A stretch of 64,000 bases of DNA, taken from the NCBI RefSeq assembly GCF_009914755.1, contig NC_060942.1, one strand, 5' to 3'. This document shows positions 50,461 through 63,438 of this stretch, in pieces; the first letter of the stretch is position 1; every line of letters starts with the position of its first letter. The position numbers and the translations under genes were made by a program. The stretch is from the human T2T-CHM13v2.0 reference genome, Homo sapiens. The notes beneath the pieces were generated by a model that had not been told where the DNA came from, searched no databases, and worked only from the letters and a program-made list of their open reading frames with translations.

Positions 50461-51315
50461 TTTTTTAAGTCATGGTACAAAAGAATTTAATAAGTGACAC
50501 ATCGGTATAAAAAACATGTCACTTGTAGCTCATCCTTTAAAACCAGAATAGCCAAATGAAAAATCAGTACAGAATTTTACTTAAATAAAAAATCAAAAGT
50601 ACATGTTGGAAATTGAACTACTATGTTTTTTCTTCTTTTTGGAAATGACATACATGCTTTCTGGTAACTAATACTCTACCAAACATTGCACTAAACTAAA
50701 GCAGATAGACAACCTAACTGATTTCTGCAGAAAGGGTTTTCAACAAACATGCAAAGAACAGGATACCTTTTAGTCGATTTCCAGCACACAGCATACATTC
50801 ATTAGTGCTCAGCAAAATAGTAACAAACACCAGCGTAGAGAGCATTTTTGCATTCATAGTACTAACTAAAGAGCACACAGCATATCATACTTTGATCTTC
50901 AAGTGGGGAATCATGAAAGTTCCAAGATCATACCCACTAGGTTAGCATGAATATTCACCTATAAAAATTTTTTTCAAAAATAATGCTTAAAAGAGATTTC
51001 TAGAAAACAGTAGGACTACACCAGGAGAAGCACAAGACAGTGACATAAGGACTGCAAATGTTAAGACAAGCAGTTGATTTTCACATGTAGCTTTTAAGTA
51101 AAGGACATCTCTTTCAGTTAATTCCTACAGGCAAGACAAGCTGTGATCACAGGAGATTCAGAAATCTCAAGATGGACATCTGGCTTGAGTAACACCCTAC
51201 ACAAACATCAAAAAACCCATTGAGGCTGAAGGACTGAAACTCTGACCCATGTTAAAAAAAAAAAAAAAGAGAGAGAAAGAGCTGTGAGTGTACAAAAAGA
51301 TTTATGCAAACCCTG

Positions 51316-51496
51316 CTGGTACAGAAGTTCGTGGTGGAGGGTTATTCCACACCGGGACAGAGGGTCGTGGTGGAGGGTCGTTCCACGCCGGGACGGAGGG
51401 TCGTGGTGGAGGGTCGTTCCACGCCGGGACGGAGGGTCGTGGTGGAGGGTCGTTCCACGCCGGGACGGAGGGTCGTGGTGGAGGGTTGTTCCACAC
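51316..51496. repeat. 36-bp GC-rich minisatellite, ~5 copies, inside the pseudogene 3'UTR
   Basis: Unit TCGTGGTGGAGGGTCGTTCCACGCCGGGACGGAGGG at 51329, 51365, 51401, 51437 and 51473. Confidence 0.95.
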
Positions 51497-51954
51497 TGTT
51501 GGCACACCAACATGCATGCTGGGGGTAGGAGCCCTGGGTGGAATGCTTGGCATGGGCTTGCTCCCAAGAAGTCTGCCTCGGAAGCACCGAGAGAGGAGAG
51601 AGGGGTCTATTTGGATCTACACGGGCAGGGGAGGAGTTCCAGGGTTATTAAGCACTAACTTAATACAAAACGGTGTTTCAGGAGAAATAAGTCTAGGAGG
51701 GTTAGGTCATTTTGCTTTTGACCTATCAATACTTATCATGAATAAAGAGTTACAGAACAGAGTCTGTCTCTCCAAGATGTATTATTCTGTCACCATTAGC
51801 TGAGCCTTTTCGTCTACTGGGTCAGTAACATCCACAACGATCCCATTCATTGCCTGGAAACCTAGCGCCACAGACTGTCTTGGGAAGTCGGCATAGAAGA
51901 TGATTTGCACAACAAAGTCACGACTAAACCTCTGCTCAGGTTCAGTCTCCAGCC

Positions 51955-52276
<322 letters not shown>

Positions 52277-52905
52277 TCCAGCCTTCTTCTTCTGCTTTGC
52301 AGTCCAGGAACATTTATTCAAAAGCCAGAAAATCCACAAATGTGAGCAGCATGTCAAATATGTCACCAGCCTTTATTTTTATGGTGCTGCAAGGCTGCTG
52401 TGAAAGCTGCCGTGTTAAATCCAGGAATCCACTCCAGCAGTGATTCTTCAATGTACTTTTCTATCAAATGAATTCATTAAAAATAGCATGTAGGTGAACT
52501 TATCCGCTTCTGTGTCTTCAAACTCCTGGTAGTACCTGTCCATGAAACGTCTCTGTAGTAGCTGGAACTCCTCATCCATGATAGCGTCCTCCAAATATCC
52601 CACCACAACCTCAAATTCTGCATCAGAGGCGGAGGAGAGAGACAGCATAAAGCTCTTTTCTTCTAAGGCATCTGTTGTTGCTGCCTTACCCACCAGAGTA
52701 GGCCAGCAGCCCTAAGGCTCCTAGCCCGCTTGCGGACCAACCTGCTTGGAGGGCACAGTGGGGAGGAGGCCTCGCTTCCCAGGCCATGCCCACTCGCTGC
52801 CCAACCAGGTCAGTGCCTGCTGGTGAAAGCCAGCCTCAGGCTCCCGGGTGTGGCCACAGCCGCTCTGCCCACCACCCATGTGGGTCCCAACTGAGAACTT
52901 TATTT

Positions 52906-53762
52906 ACTTTTTTTTTTTATTATACTTTAAGTTCTGGGGTACATGTGCACAACGTGCAGTTTTGTTACATAGGTATACACGTGGCATGGTGATTTGCTGC
53001 ACCCATCAACCTGTCACCTACATTAGGTGTTTCTCCTAATGCTATCCCTGCCCTGCCCCCCAACAGGCCCTGGTGTGTGATGTTCCCCTCCCTATGTCCA
53101 TGTATTCTCATTGTTCGACTGCCACTTATGAGTGAGAACCTGTGGTGTTTGGTTTTCTGTTCTTGTGGTAGTTTGCTGAGAATGATGGTTTCCAGCTTCA
53201 TCCATGTCCCTGCAAAGGACATGAACTCATCCTTTTTTATGGCTGCATAGTATTCCGTGGTGTATATGTGCCACATTTTGTTTATCCAGTCTATTATTGA
53301 TGGACTTTTGGGTTGGTTCCAAGTCTTTGCTATTGTGAATAGTGCCGCAGTTAACGTACATGTGCATGTGTCTTTATAGTAGAATGATTTATAATCCTTT
53401 GGGTATATACCCAGTAATGAGATTGATGGGTCTAATGGTATTTCTAGTTCTAGATCCTTGAGGGATTGCCACACTGTTTTCCACAATGGTTGAACTTACA
53501 CTCCCACCAACAGTGTAAAAGCATTCCTATTTCTCTACATCCTCTCCAGCATCTGTTGTTTCCTGACTTTTTAATAATCGCCATTATAACTGGCATGAGA
53601 CAGTATCTCATTGTGGTTTTGATTTGCATTTCTCTAAGGACCAGTGATGATGAGCATTTTTTCATATGTCTGTCGGCTGCATAAATGTCTTCTTTTGAGA
53701 AGTGTTTGTTCATACCCTTTGCCCACTTTTTGATGGGGTTTTTTTTCTTGTAAATTTGTTTA
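52906..53762 (-). mobile_element. 5'-truncated L1PA (L1PA6/7-like), ~860 bp
   Basis: ORF2 C-terminal translation and 3'UTR; perfect TSD GAGAACTTTATTT at 52893-52905 and 53763-53775. Confidence 0.95.
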
Positions 53763-54350
53763 GAGAACTTTATTTTTTATGATGGGCTGCAACCTGCAGG
53801 CTGGGAAATGGAGCCTTCCGTTGAGACTGAAAGCAGGTGCTTGGAGGGAAGGAGGGTGGGATAGGAGTTTTATGTTAAACAGGTTAGCTAAATATAAATA
53901 TTTAACAGGTTATAGGAGAAGCTATGAATATTCATGAAGAAAGGTCATACACCTGTGTGGGAAGCAAACTTATATGTTACATGTGTCCCATGTTCAGTTG
54001 GGATGAAGATGTAATATTAAAATGCAGTAAAATTAGGCTCTATGTCAAAAGGTGAAAGATAGAACACAAAGGTGCTGTGTGCACATCCTCCATAAACCAG
54101 CCAGAACCAGTCTGTGATTGTGATCATGTAAACCGGTCAGCTATCACGTCAAAACCAGGGAAAGGGGAGGCGAGTCTGGGTGCAGCATCAGGAGGTTGCT
54201 TGAATTCAGCAGAGGAGTCTTGGTTTTTTGTTTTCCAGGACTGGTTTCTGCTTATTTCTTAAGTAAAAAAGGTCCCGTGAAGGTTAGTGAAGAAAGAAGT
54301 GTACTGAGGTATAATTGACCTCTTGTCTTGTCATGACCAGAAAACTAAAA
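53763..54350 (-). mobile_element. MER4-group ERV1 LTR (MER4D-like), main portion
   Basis: GCTGCAACCTGCAGGCTGGGAA, AACAGGTTATAGGAGAAGCTATGAATATTCATGAAG and GACCTCTTGTCTTGTCATGACC match recalled antisense MER4D; AATAAA on the minus strand at ~53769-53774. Confidence 0.7.
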
Positions 54351-54356
54351 CTATTA

Positions 54357-54654
54357 TGTTTTTTGGATTTTGAAATATTTGCATACACATAATGAGATAT
54401 CTTGGGGATGAGACCCAAGTCAAAACATGAAATTTATTTATGTTTCATATACACCTTATACACATAGCCTGAAGATAACTTTATATAATATTTTTAATAA
54501 TTTTGTACATAAAACAAAGTTTTGGCCACAATGTGTCACAAGGTCAGGTATGAAATTTTCCACTTGTGGCATCATATCAAACTTTTTGGATTTGGAAACT
54601 CAAAGTTTCAAATTTTGGAGCATTTTGGATTTCAGATTAGGGATGCTCAACCTG
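54357..54654 (+). mobile_element. Tigger4b (MER46B) DNA transposon, 5' TIR missing
   Basis: ATAATGAGATATCTTGGGGATG.GACCCAAGTC...ATTAGGGATGCTCAACCTG terminal repeat. Confidence 0.88.
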
Positions 54655-55117
54655 TGCAGTACTTTAAAACTATAATTTCCAGACTTCCAATGGTGCACCC
54701 CTATTAGACTTTCAGAAAGCACCCGCCAAGTAAGTTACTGATTTTACACGTATATGCACAACTACTGCACTAATATGCTTTGTTATAAACACACACACTT
54801 TAAAGGTTATAACAAAAATAAACAATATTTTATCTTAACTTTAAAAGTGTTTTTGCTGTGACTCCGACTTGTGTTTTGAGTGCAAGCAGCAAGACTGAAT
54901 ATGCGGCTCCCATGTCAGTTGAATACATACACCAAATGCTGAAAGGAAAGAGCCAGTGAGCACACCCTGCCCCCGCCCTCCAGTGGGGGCTCCTCATTCA
55001 CTCTTCAGGGATGTCCGTGCCCCTCTGACATGCATGCATTTGGGGGATAAGAGACCAGTCTATGTAACATTCGTAAAACGTGATTTTCTTATTTGATTTT
55101 AAAAAATGAACAGATAA

Positions 55118-55444
<327 letters not shown>

Positions 55445-57204
55445 TAATGGCTCTTCCTGCGTGCACCTCAGTTATTTATGGGGTGCATTCACTGATTCAT
55501 ATGCCTCATTTAAAACAAGAACAGGCTCAGATCCAGGTTTTGTAGAGCATAGGACTTTTACAATTTCTGAGAAGAATAAACTCTTTAAGAAAAAGAACAC
55601 CAAAAAAAGCCTTACTTTTACAACTTTTACAAATGCTTGTGACCCTCAAAACACAGTTAGGGGACTCCCAGGGCCATGGAAGGGACCCCTGTGGGGGACC
55701 TACGACCACCATCACGGCCTTGCTGGCTTTCAAAGTATTTGAGGAGGCTGCTCCTGAAAACAAGACAGCCTGGGAAAGAGAGCTCCTTTGGAAAAGGTTG
55801 CTTAGTAGACTGGAATTTCAATGTCCTTCCCTGCCTGGGTCCTCCTCAATGGGCCATCAAAGAAAATTCTATCCTCTAGGCTAAACTGTTTAAAGAACAG
55901 TCCCTGCAGCACGGTGAATCCAGGTCTGGAGCTGCTAAGAACAGGAGCACAAATGTTTAGAAAACACCAGTTATCACAGCCATTCACTGTAGCTGTCTCT
56001 CTTTTCTCTTCCCTTCTAAAACTCAAGCTGTGGTCTTAGGATAGCAGTGCTCCAGGCTGGAGGAGGAGGAGGAGGATGTATATAACATTTTAGTAAAGAA
56101 CACTGTGGACTCACTCAATAAGTCACACTGTCAGCTCCTGCCCATTAAGGGGGAGAGGGACCTGTTTTCCCTATTCCTCATGGGCGAGAAATTTGAGCTG
56201 AAACTCGTCTTGCAGAAATCTCGGTCTCCCTTTTAAGGCATTGTTTTCAATGTAAGATGGCAAAGGCAAATCCAGTAAAAGGTTGTGGCTAATACCGGAC
56301 ATTTACGGCCCTGAGAACAGTGAAATGCAGACGGTGGCGGTGGGGATGTGCTTGAGGCAAGGCTTAGCAAAGGGTTAAAGTATAGGCAAATTCGGAGGAA
56401 AGTGGAAATGCCCAGGAGAAATTTCACTTTAGAAAAAAATCACAAATCCATTCCCTCTTTCGACCCCTCACTCCAGCAGTGCCTCACACGAGTGCCTGAC
56501 TCCAGATCATCCTTCTCTGAGGCGCCTGTCCCTGACATGTCTCCAGGAGCCAACTGCAGCCCAACAGCCACACAGGTGGGCCTGACGCGCTCTGCTCAGG
56601 AAGCGGCTGTGAACCCGCTGCCTTCCTAACACAAGTGTTAGTTCTCTCAGGGTGCCGTGGCCTTAACAGCAAGAGCCACAGCGTCTGTGCTCCCAACTGC
56701 CAGGGACTCTGGCTTCCGGGAGGTGGCCTGAGAACCAGCTCAGACAGCAGGGATGGGCCGGGCCTGGCCCTCTGCTCGGGGCCACCCAGGCCTCAGGAGC
56801 CTCCTGTTTTACAACTGTCATACCCGGGATCCAAATCCCTTTCCCCTGCCGGCGCGGATCAAAGAAGGGCTCTCACCCCCACCACACTCTCCGCATCCCC
56901 ACAGGCCTCCCACTGCCCCATCCAACCGTGGCTGCTCCCGAGGCTGCAGGCAGGGTTAGGCCGCCTGTGGGCGACCACCCCGAGGCCTGTCCTCAGCTGC
57001 TGCGGGAGCCCCCTGCAAGGCTGGGTCATCACTGTCTACGCAGATCTCGCGTGGGCCCTTTTCCTGGCCTAGCACCCCCAACACACTAAGAAGGGCGGGC
57101 AGCATCCTGTTGGTCTGGACTCTGGCGAGGCTGCTCCGGGAAGCCGCAGGAACGTTCTGTGAAACAAAGGCTGACGACTCGGGACTCCCATAAGAGATAG
57201 ATCT

Positions 57205-57300
57205 TGGTTTCCACGTGCCACGCCTACCTGCCATGCCCCGCAGTGTCACGTGGCTTAGAGAGCGGTCGTCACGTGACCCGGAAGTGATGGTCACGTGAAG
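57205..57300. promoter_or_regulatory. Clustered bHLH-ZIP E-boxes (USF/MiT-TFE type) plus an ETS site, in a CpG-rich region
   Basis: CACGTG at 57212, 57247, 57270 and 57292 (last three GTCACGTG; GTCACGTGAC palindrome at 57268-57277); CCGGAAGTG at 57278-57286; GC box GGGGCGGG near 57482. Confidence 0.7.
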
Positions 57301-58384
57301 GGGAAATGGCTGTCTCTGCCCAGGTACCCTCCTAGATCCACGGAGTCCACACTGAGGCCTTGGCGCCCAGGCCATTGCCAGGGCCTTGTTACACCAAGTT
57401 TAGGAAAACCGGATTCCGGGGTCACAGCTGCAGAGGAGGGGGTGGCGGAGGTCTCACAGGCCTCACCTCTGCACCTCCCCTGGGGCGGGATGAAGCAATC
57501 TGGGGTAACCCGGAGCAAGAGTCTGTAAAGAACCCCAAGGCCTGGGGTGGACTCCAGGCCCAGGTGCTTGCTGGGCCAGGTGCCCGAGCCTCTCAAGGCC
57601 CCCAGCCCTCACACCTGTGGGGCCTCGACCACTCCGAGCAGCTGGGGCCTCGGGGCCAGTCCCTGAGTTAAAAATAACCCAGCTAGGCTAGAAGCAAGGA
57701 AAGACAAGCGTGCTAGAAACTTCTCCCCTGCCAGGTCAAACAGGGAGGACATCCAGGGAACTTTCTAACTCTAACTTGGGTATAAAACCAGCTTTAGAAG
57801 TTGCTGTAAGTTAAGAATTCCTTCAGATAAAATTTTACCTGGGACTTGGTTTACCCTTTAAAAAATCTTTAAAGGAGGAGAGAATAGTTGACATTTCTGA
57901 ATCCCTGAGACTAGCGAGCATGTGGCTAACGTCACGTTATTGAACAGAAAGGGCGGCGGGGATTTTTGTAGAGGCATTTCCAAGGACAGCGGACGGGCCC
58001 TGCGGGCTTAGGGCCCGGCGGCAGAAGAAAGAGGAATCAGTTAGAAATATTCGAGATTTTCCACTTAAAGCTTTGGGTAGAGGCCAATATTGTTGACATT
58101 TAAACATCCAGATGAGCCGTCTTTGGGTCAGGAACAAGGAGCTGTCTGGTTCCACATCCCTGGAGGTAGCCTGAGCGCTCAGCGGGCCTGAGTCAGGTCC
58201 GCCTCCTGCTACTGACGACTCACGTGATTGAGAATAAACGGCTTAGCCGTCTGAGCTGAGCCTCCTCCTCAATCTGTTGTGCAGTCTATACCCGCGTGTA
58301 TAGACTCCGGGCCCTTCTTCCCCACGGCAGGATCTAGCAAGGCGCTTCTTTCCGGTGCAGCGCGGAGCCTGTGACTTATGCTCC

Positions 58385-58418
58385 GCTGCCATCTGGTGGC
58401 CCTACGCTCGAATTACAG
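58385..58418 (-). promoter_or_regulatory. CTCF binding motif with upstream module
   Basis: Minus strand CTGTAATTCG-N6-GGGCCACCAGATGGCAGC fits the CTCF core plus the ZF9-11 upstream motif spacing. Confidence 0.72.
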
Positions 58419-59979
58419 CTCCAGGGTTTATTAGGTTTTTTAAATTATTATTGTTTTGAGGGATGAGGGAAAACCCTTTTAAAAGTTGAACACGTGAGCC
58501 TGAAAAAGTTAAGAAAAGTCAAAACACATGACAGGGGAAGGGAAATAGGTGAGGAGCAGGCAGGATATGGAATGTGGACAATTTCCAGGGTCTTTGTAGA
58601 ACTGCATGTTTACTTCTTTGAAAGATTTTGAATTCCTAGAGTATTAGGCCCACCTAAAATGAAAGAACCACACGTATGCCAAACACACAGAATACCAATT
58701 ATTTGTATTATCTAACATTTGGGATTGTCTACTTTACTCTTTTTTTCTCCATTCGAATGTCAAGTTGCTTTCAAGGAACCCTTTTAATGATGTCTAAACT
58801 GAAATTGAGACAACTGCTGCTGACTGGATTCGACACTTAACCCCCGGCCCTTGCCCTGGACAAGACCCAAGGGACCCTGGCTTTGAGTAGAACCCGCAAA
58901 GAATATAATACTGGCCCCTCCAGAAAATAATCCTCCACACCTCTGTCCAGCATGTTGGCGTATCCTCATCACGAGCGAGTTCTGCACTTGTGACTGATTT
59001 GCCTTTTTGGCAAAAAGAGATGGAAGTTGAGCTCCCTAGCGAGAGCAAGCGCTCATCATTTGCAATACAGTGTGGGGTACAGTGTGGGGTACTAGAGGGA
59101 GGTGGTGCCAAGCTGCAGGGCGCCAACAGGTGAGTGCCAGCAGGTGAACATACCCTGAAGGAAACCCACCAGGCGGGGCTACCTGAGGGCCTGTGTCCTG
59201 GGCAGGGTGACCAGGTGGCCGTCCCACCTGGTTTGAGAGTGTGTGCATCAGGGCCACCACCTGCTCTCTTGCTCCTCTCTTCTGAACATCATTAAAACAA
59301 GTTCAAAAATGTTCATCTCCAGCCATGACCCCAGGGCCACTGACAGATGCCTGCTCTTGGCAGGGGAGCGGCTCTGGGCAGCCTGCAGGGCCTGTCCTGG
59401 CCAGCAGGAAACGACACCAAACAACCATTTCCTGGGTGATTTCAGGCAGACCCAGGACTCCTTTGATCATCCAGAATCAGGACTCTGAGGACTTATTGAA
59501 GGCCTCAGGCTCTCCAGAGGGCCCCACTTGTCAGAGTCATTTCACTCCCCAAAATGTTGGCCAATTCCTGATGCTAGCAGCCTAGCTGGGTGGGGTGGGG
59601 CAGGTGCGGCCATGGGAAATCCAGACTGTTGGCCTTTTAAGTTGGGAGTTAGCAAGAGTTGCTTCTTGTAACTGGCTCAGTGTAAGTAAGGCCTCTGCAT
59701 TAGATTTATAGGCTCTGCCTATCCCGACAGTTCCCCAAACATCCCAGCCCTCCGCAGCCCAGGAGAGTTCATCGAGATCATCTTTCTGTCTCAGGTCAGT
59801 GCCCTGGGAAGGGCAGCAGACTGACTTTTCTCGTCCTGCCCGTGGCTCCATGGCTGGCACACAGGACGTGCTCTGTGAGGTTGCCTCTTGACTCTCCTCC
59901 TCTTGACATTTGCTGGCCCTAAAAAATGATGAAGGTTTTTCTCATTCTAAAACTCAATCCTTCTGAGTTGGCTTGGCCT

Positions 59980-60185
59980 TCAGTGGATTAGAGATTAGGA
60001 TCTGGAGCCCCCGAAACCTTGAGCCAAAACCTCGTTCTAGCTACCAGCTGTGGGTACCTGGGCAAGTAACCTGCCCTTTCTGGGCTGAACTTTCCTTAGA
60101 TGTAAATGAAGGCAATAATAGCATTGAACAGGGTTATTGGAAGCACTAAATTGGGACACTGTGTGTAAAGGTTAAGTGCTTAGCC
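59980..60185 (+). mobile_element. MIR SINE
   Basis: TCTGGAGCC...ACCAGCTGTGGGTACCTGGGCAAGTAAC...TGTAAATGAAGGCAATAATAG. Confidence 0.75.
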
Positions 60186-60428
60186 GAGGCTGAGACCAGC
60201 AAACACTGGAGCCTCTGGGTGTCTGTGCTCACTGCCTTTCCTGCTCTGCGCGTGGGGAAGATGCCCTGCACCTGGCGCTCACCTGTGCCTTAGGCCCAGG
60301 ACGCACAGTGATTCACCACGCTGCAGAGCCGGCCGTACCCTTCAGTGAGTGACCCCTGCCCTTCAGGGCCCTGCTCTCCCTCAGCTTATACTTTAACACT
60401 TCAGACTTTTTGAAGCCTTTGGCCTTAG

Positions 60429-60785
<357 letters not shown>

Positions 60786-62177
60786 GATTAATTGCATATC
60801 TAAGGTGAGGCCCGGGGCTCTACGTTCACCATGGTCCCCTCATTAAAAGCTGTGAAGTCAAACACCAAGACCCAGAGAATTTAATACTAATACGTGGCCC
60901 AAGTTAGACAGCAAGTGCATGACAAAGATAGAACATGACCTTAGCGCCACCCAAATACAAAGGACAGACTCTTCTCAGGCACATTGCGTCTGAGGCCTGT
61001 GAGGTCGCTGGGCCTGTCAGGAGGCCTGGCTTCCTCCCGCTCCCTGCTCCTTCTCAGATTCTGTCATGATCAACTTCCCAGGAAACTCGAATGTTCTATT
61101 TTATTTCAGGAACTAAAAATAAGGAAGATTCTCTGACAAAATTGCATGAAATGCATCCTGTCCTTCTTTCTCATTTCAAGCATGAATGAACTCGGTGTGA
61201 GGAGACTAAGCCAGGCGGCAGGGGTCTAGCATTTCCCGCCTGTGGGTGCAGGAGGCAGACATCTTAATTTTTAGAGCTGCTCTGTAGGCACTTTACAGCT
61301 TCCTCTTCTAGCTGCTCAGGCCATAAATCTCTAGACTGCCAGGCTCCAAACTCATGGGGAATGTCCTGCACCCCAGCAGCAAGTCCTGCAAACACAACAC
61401 TGGGTCATACGTGGCCCATAAATAACGCGCACGTTGAGCCTCAACCTCAGCTGGTGAGGTCTGCTGTCCGGAGGCCGTGGACTTGCGAAGGCCTGAATGA
61501 GCCCCTCCAGACTGCCCAAGACAGAGGGTGACACTTCCTGGTGGTGGAGAACCCGGCAGCATCAGCATCAGGTTAGACAGAAACAGCAACAAGGATAAAT
61601 CCTGCAGGAAAATAGGGAGAGCCTGATGGGATAGGACCGCCCAGTGCTGCAAGCTTGTGCCTTTTCTGGATACTTCCATGGTGCAGGTCACTGCAGTCTG
61701 GGAAGTGCCTGCTTGGCCCTGTCCCATAGCAGGCACTCGGCCACCTTGCTGAGAGTGAGGAGACGGAGCTCACAGGCTGGGCAGAGAGACACAGAGACCC
61801 AACGGCTGGGGAGGGGAACACTGCCCCCCAAGTCTGAGGGAGTGTGAGGTTGTGGGGAAATTGTTGGAGGAGCCTGCGGATATGCATGGGGCCCACAGCC
61901 CCTGCCCAGGGCACCTGCATCTTCCATCAGCCTGGGCATGGAGAGTGACCCCGCCACCAAGCCCAGCCCTGCTCTGAGCCTTGGAGTGTTGGGTTCAGGA
62001 CAGTGAGGAGACCAGGCCCACTTCTCCTGCCGCTTCAGGGTCTTGGGGTGTAGTCCTTACCAGACACTATACTTCTGTACCTAATCGTACAGGGGCAAGT
62101 GGAGTTGACAGAGGGTCATGAGCAGGCATGATTGCTGGCCTAGAGCACTGACTGCGCATGTGCCCTGCATCAGGGTC

Positions 62178-62572
62178 TCCTGTGGTCCAAACGTGTCTCC
62201 TCCAGAATCCAAATGTTGAAACTCAAGGCCTAACGTCATGGCGTTGGGAGGTGGGGCTTTGAGAGGTGATTAGGCCCTGAGGGCTCCTCTCTTGTGAATA
62301 GGATGAAGGCCTTCATAAAAGAGGCTTCACATAGGGTTTGGCATCTTTCTTTTCCGTCTCTCCTCATGTGAGGACACAGTGTTCCTCACCTTCAGAGGAC
62401 ACAGCATCGAGGCACCATCTTGGAAGGAGAGAACAGCCTTCCCCAGACACTGAACCGCTAGTGCCTTGAACTTGGATTTCCCAGCCTCCAGAACTATGTG
62501 AAACTAGTTTCTGTTCTTTATAAATTATCCAGTCTCGGGTATTTGTTGTAGCAGCACAAATGAACTAAGACA
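62178..62572 (+). mobile_element. MLT1A1/MSTD-like MaLR LTR
   Basis: GGAGGTGGGGCTTTGAGAGGTGATTAGG...CCATCTTGGAAG...CCCAGCCTCCAGAACT...GAACTAAGACA. Confidence 0.85.
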
Positions 62573-63237
62573 TGATCTTAGCATGCACTGAGCCCATGGT
62601 TTTCCTGTAAAATGAAAATATTTGCACCTATCGCAGGGGCTGTTATGAGGCCTGGAGATAATGTGCCAACAACTAGCAGATAGTAGGAGCACTGCTGATG
62701 GTGGTTACCAGGGCGATGAAGCCTAGCTCTCCAGTCGGGCTTAAGGACACACTCATGCAGATGGGATTCTTAGGACTCCTCCAAGTCATTTCTAACACAT
62801 GGAACTTGTGGGTTATTTCCCCTTCATTTCAGGTCCTCTATCGAGGGAACCTGGGTCCTGGGACAAAGCTGCCACTATGGCCATGGGAGGAAGCACTGAG
62901 CAGGGAGGGGAAGCGGAGACAGCCCAGTCTCTCCCTTAACAGAGCAGCCCTGACAGCTGGCATCAGACAGTGCCCGTGACGAGGTCAGGGCCACTAGGCA
63001 ACACTTTTCAGGTAAGGGAAGGCTGGGTATGTGCTGGGCACCTGCATGCTGGTGGTGGGGGTTAAACCGCGTGAAGCTGAAGGAGCCACCCTCCTGAGTC
63101 TGTCTCTGTCAGGGAGAGGAGTGGGCTGGAGTCACTATCTTAGGACATACGGCAGATTTTTCTAGGATTCCTGTTGGATGGGGATATAGTAAGTGAAGGA
63201 AAACCCCAGGAGTAAGGAAAGGTCTTATGGTCTCAAG

Positions 63238-63438
63238 CACGGAACAACACATTTTTTGTGGGTGTAAAGGCCAGATAGTAAATATTTTAGGTTTTGTAGA
63301 CTACAATCTGGTTCTGTGGCAGAAGTGGCAACACACCATACAGAAGTAAGTGGATGTGGCTGTATTCCAATAAAACTTTATTTACAAATCGTAAATAGGG
63401 AGTGCGATTGGTTCTGAGGCCTAGTTTGCCAACCCCTG
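63238..63438 (+). mobile_element. MER58A hAT-Charlie DNA transposon
   Basis: GGCCAGATAGTAAATATTTTAGG...GTGGCTGTATTCCAATAAAACTTTATTTACAAA...TAGTTTGCCAACCCCTG. Confidence 0.85.

Noticed and set aside
51316-51496. 36-bp repeats as a CRISPR-like array or a repeat protein (ORFs 51284-51803)
   Set aside because: Units are head-to-tail with no unique spacers, the context is eukaryotic and there are no cas genes. The ORFs stay open because the unit is stop-free and a multiple of 3.
52448-52693. Functional ARL2BP-like CDS
   Set aside because: Start codon lost, frameshifts, premature stop and an AluY in the CDS.
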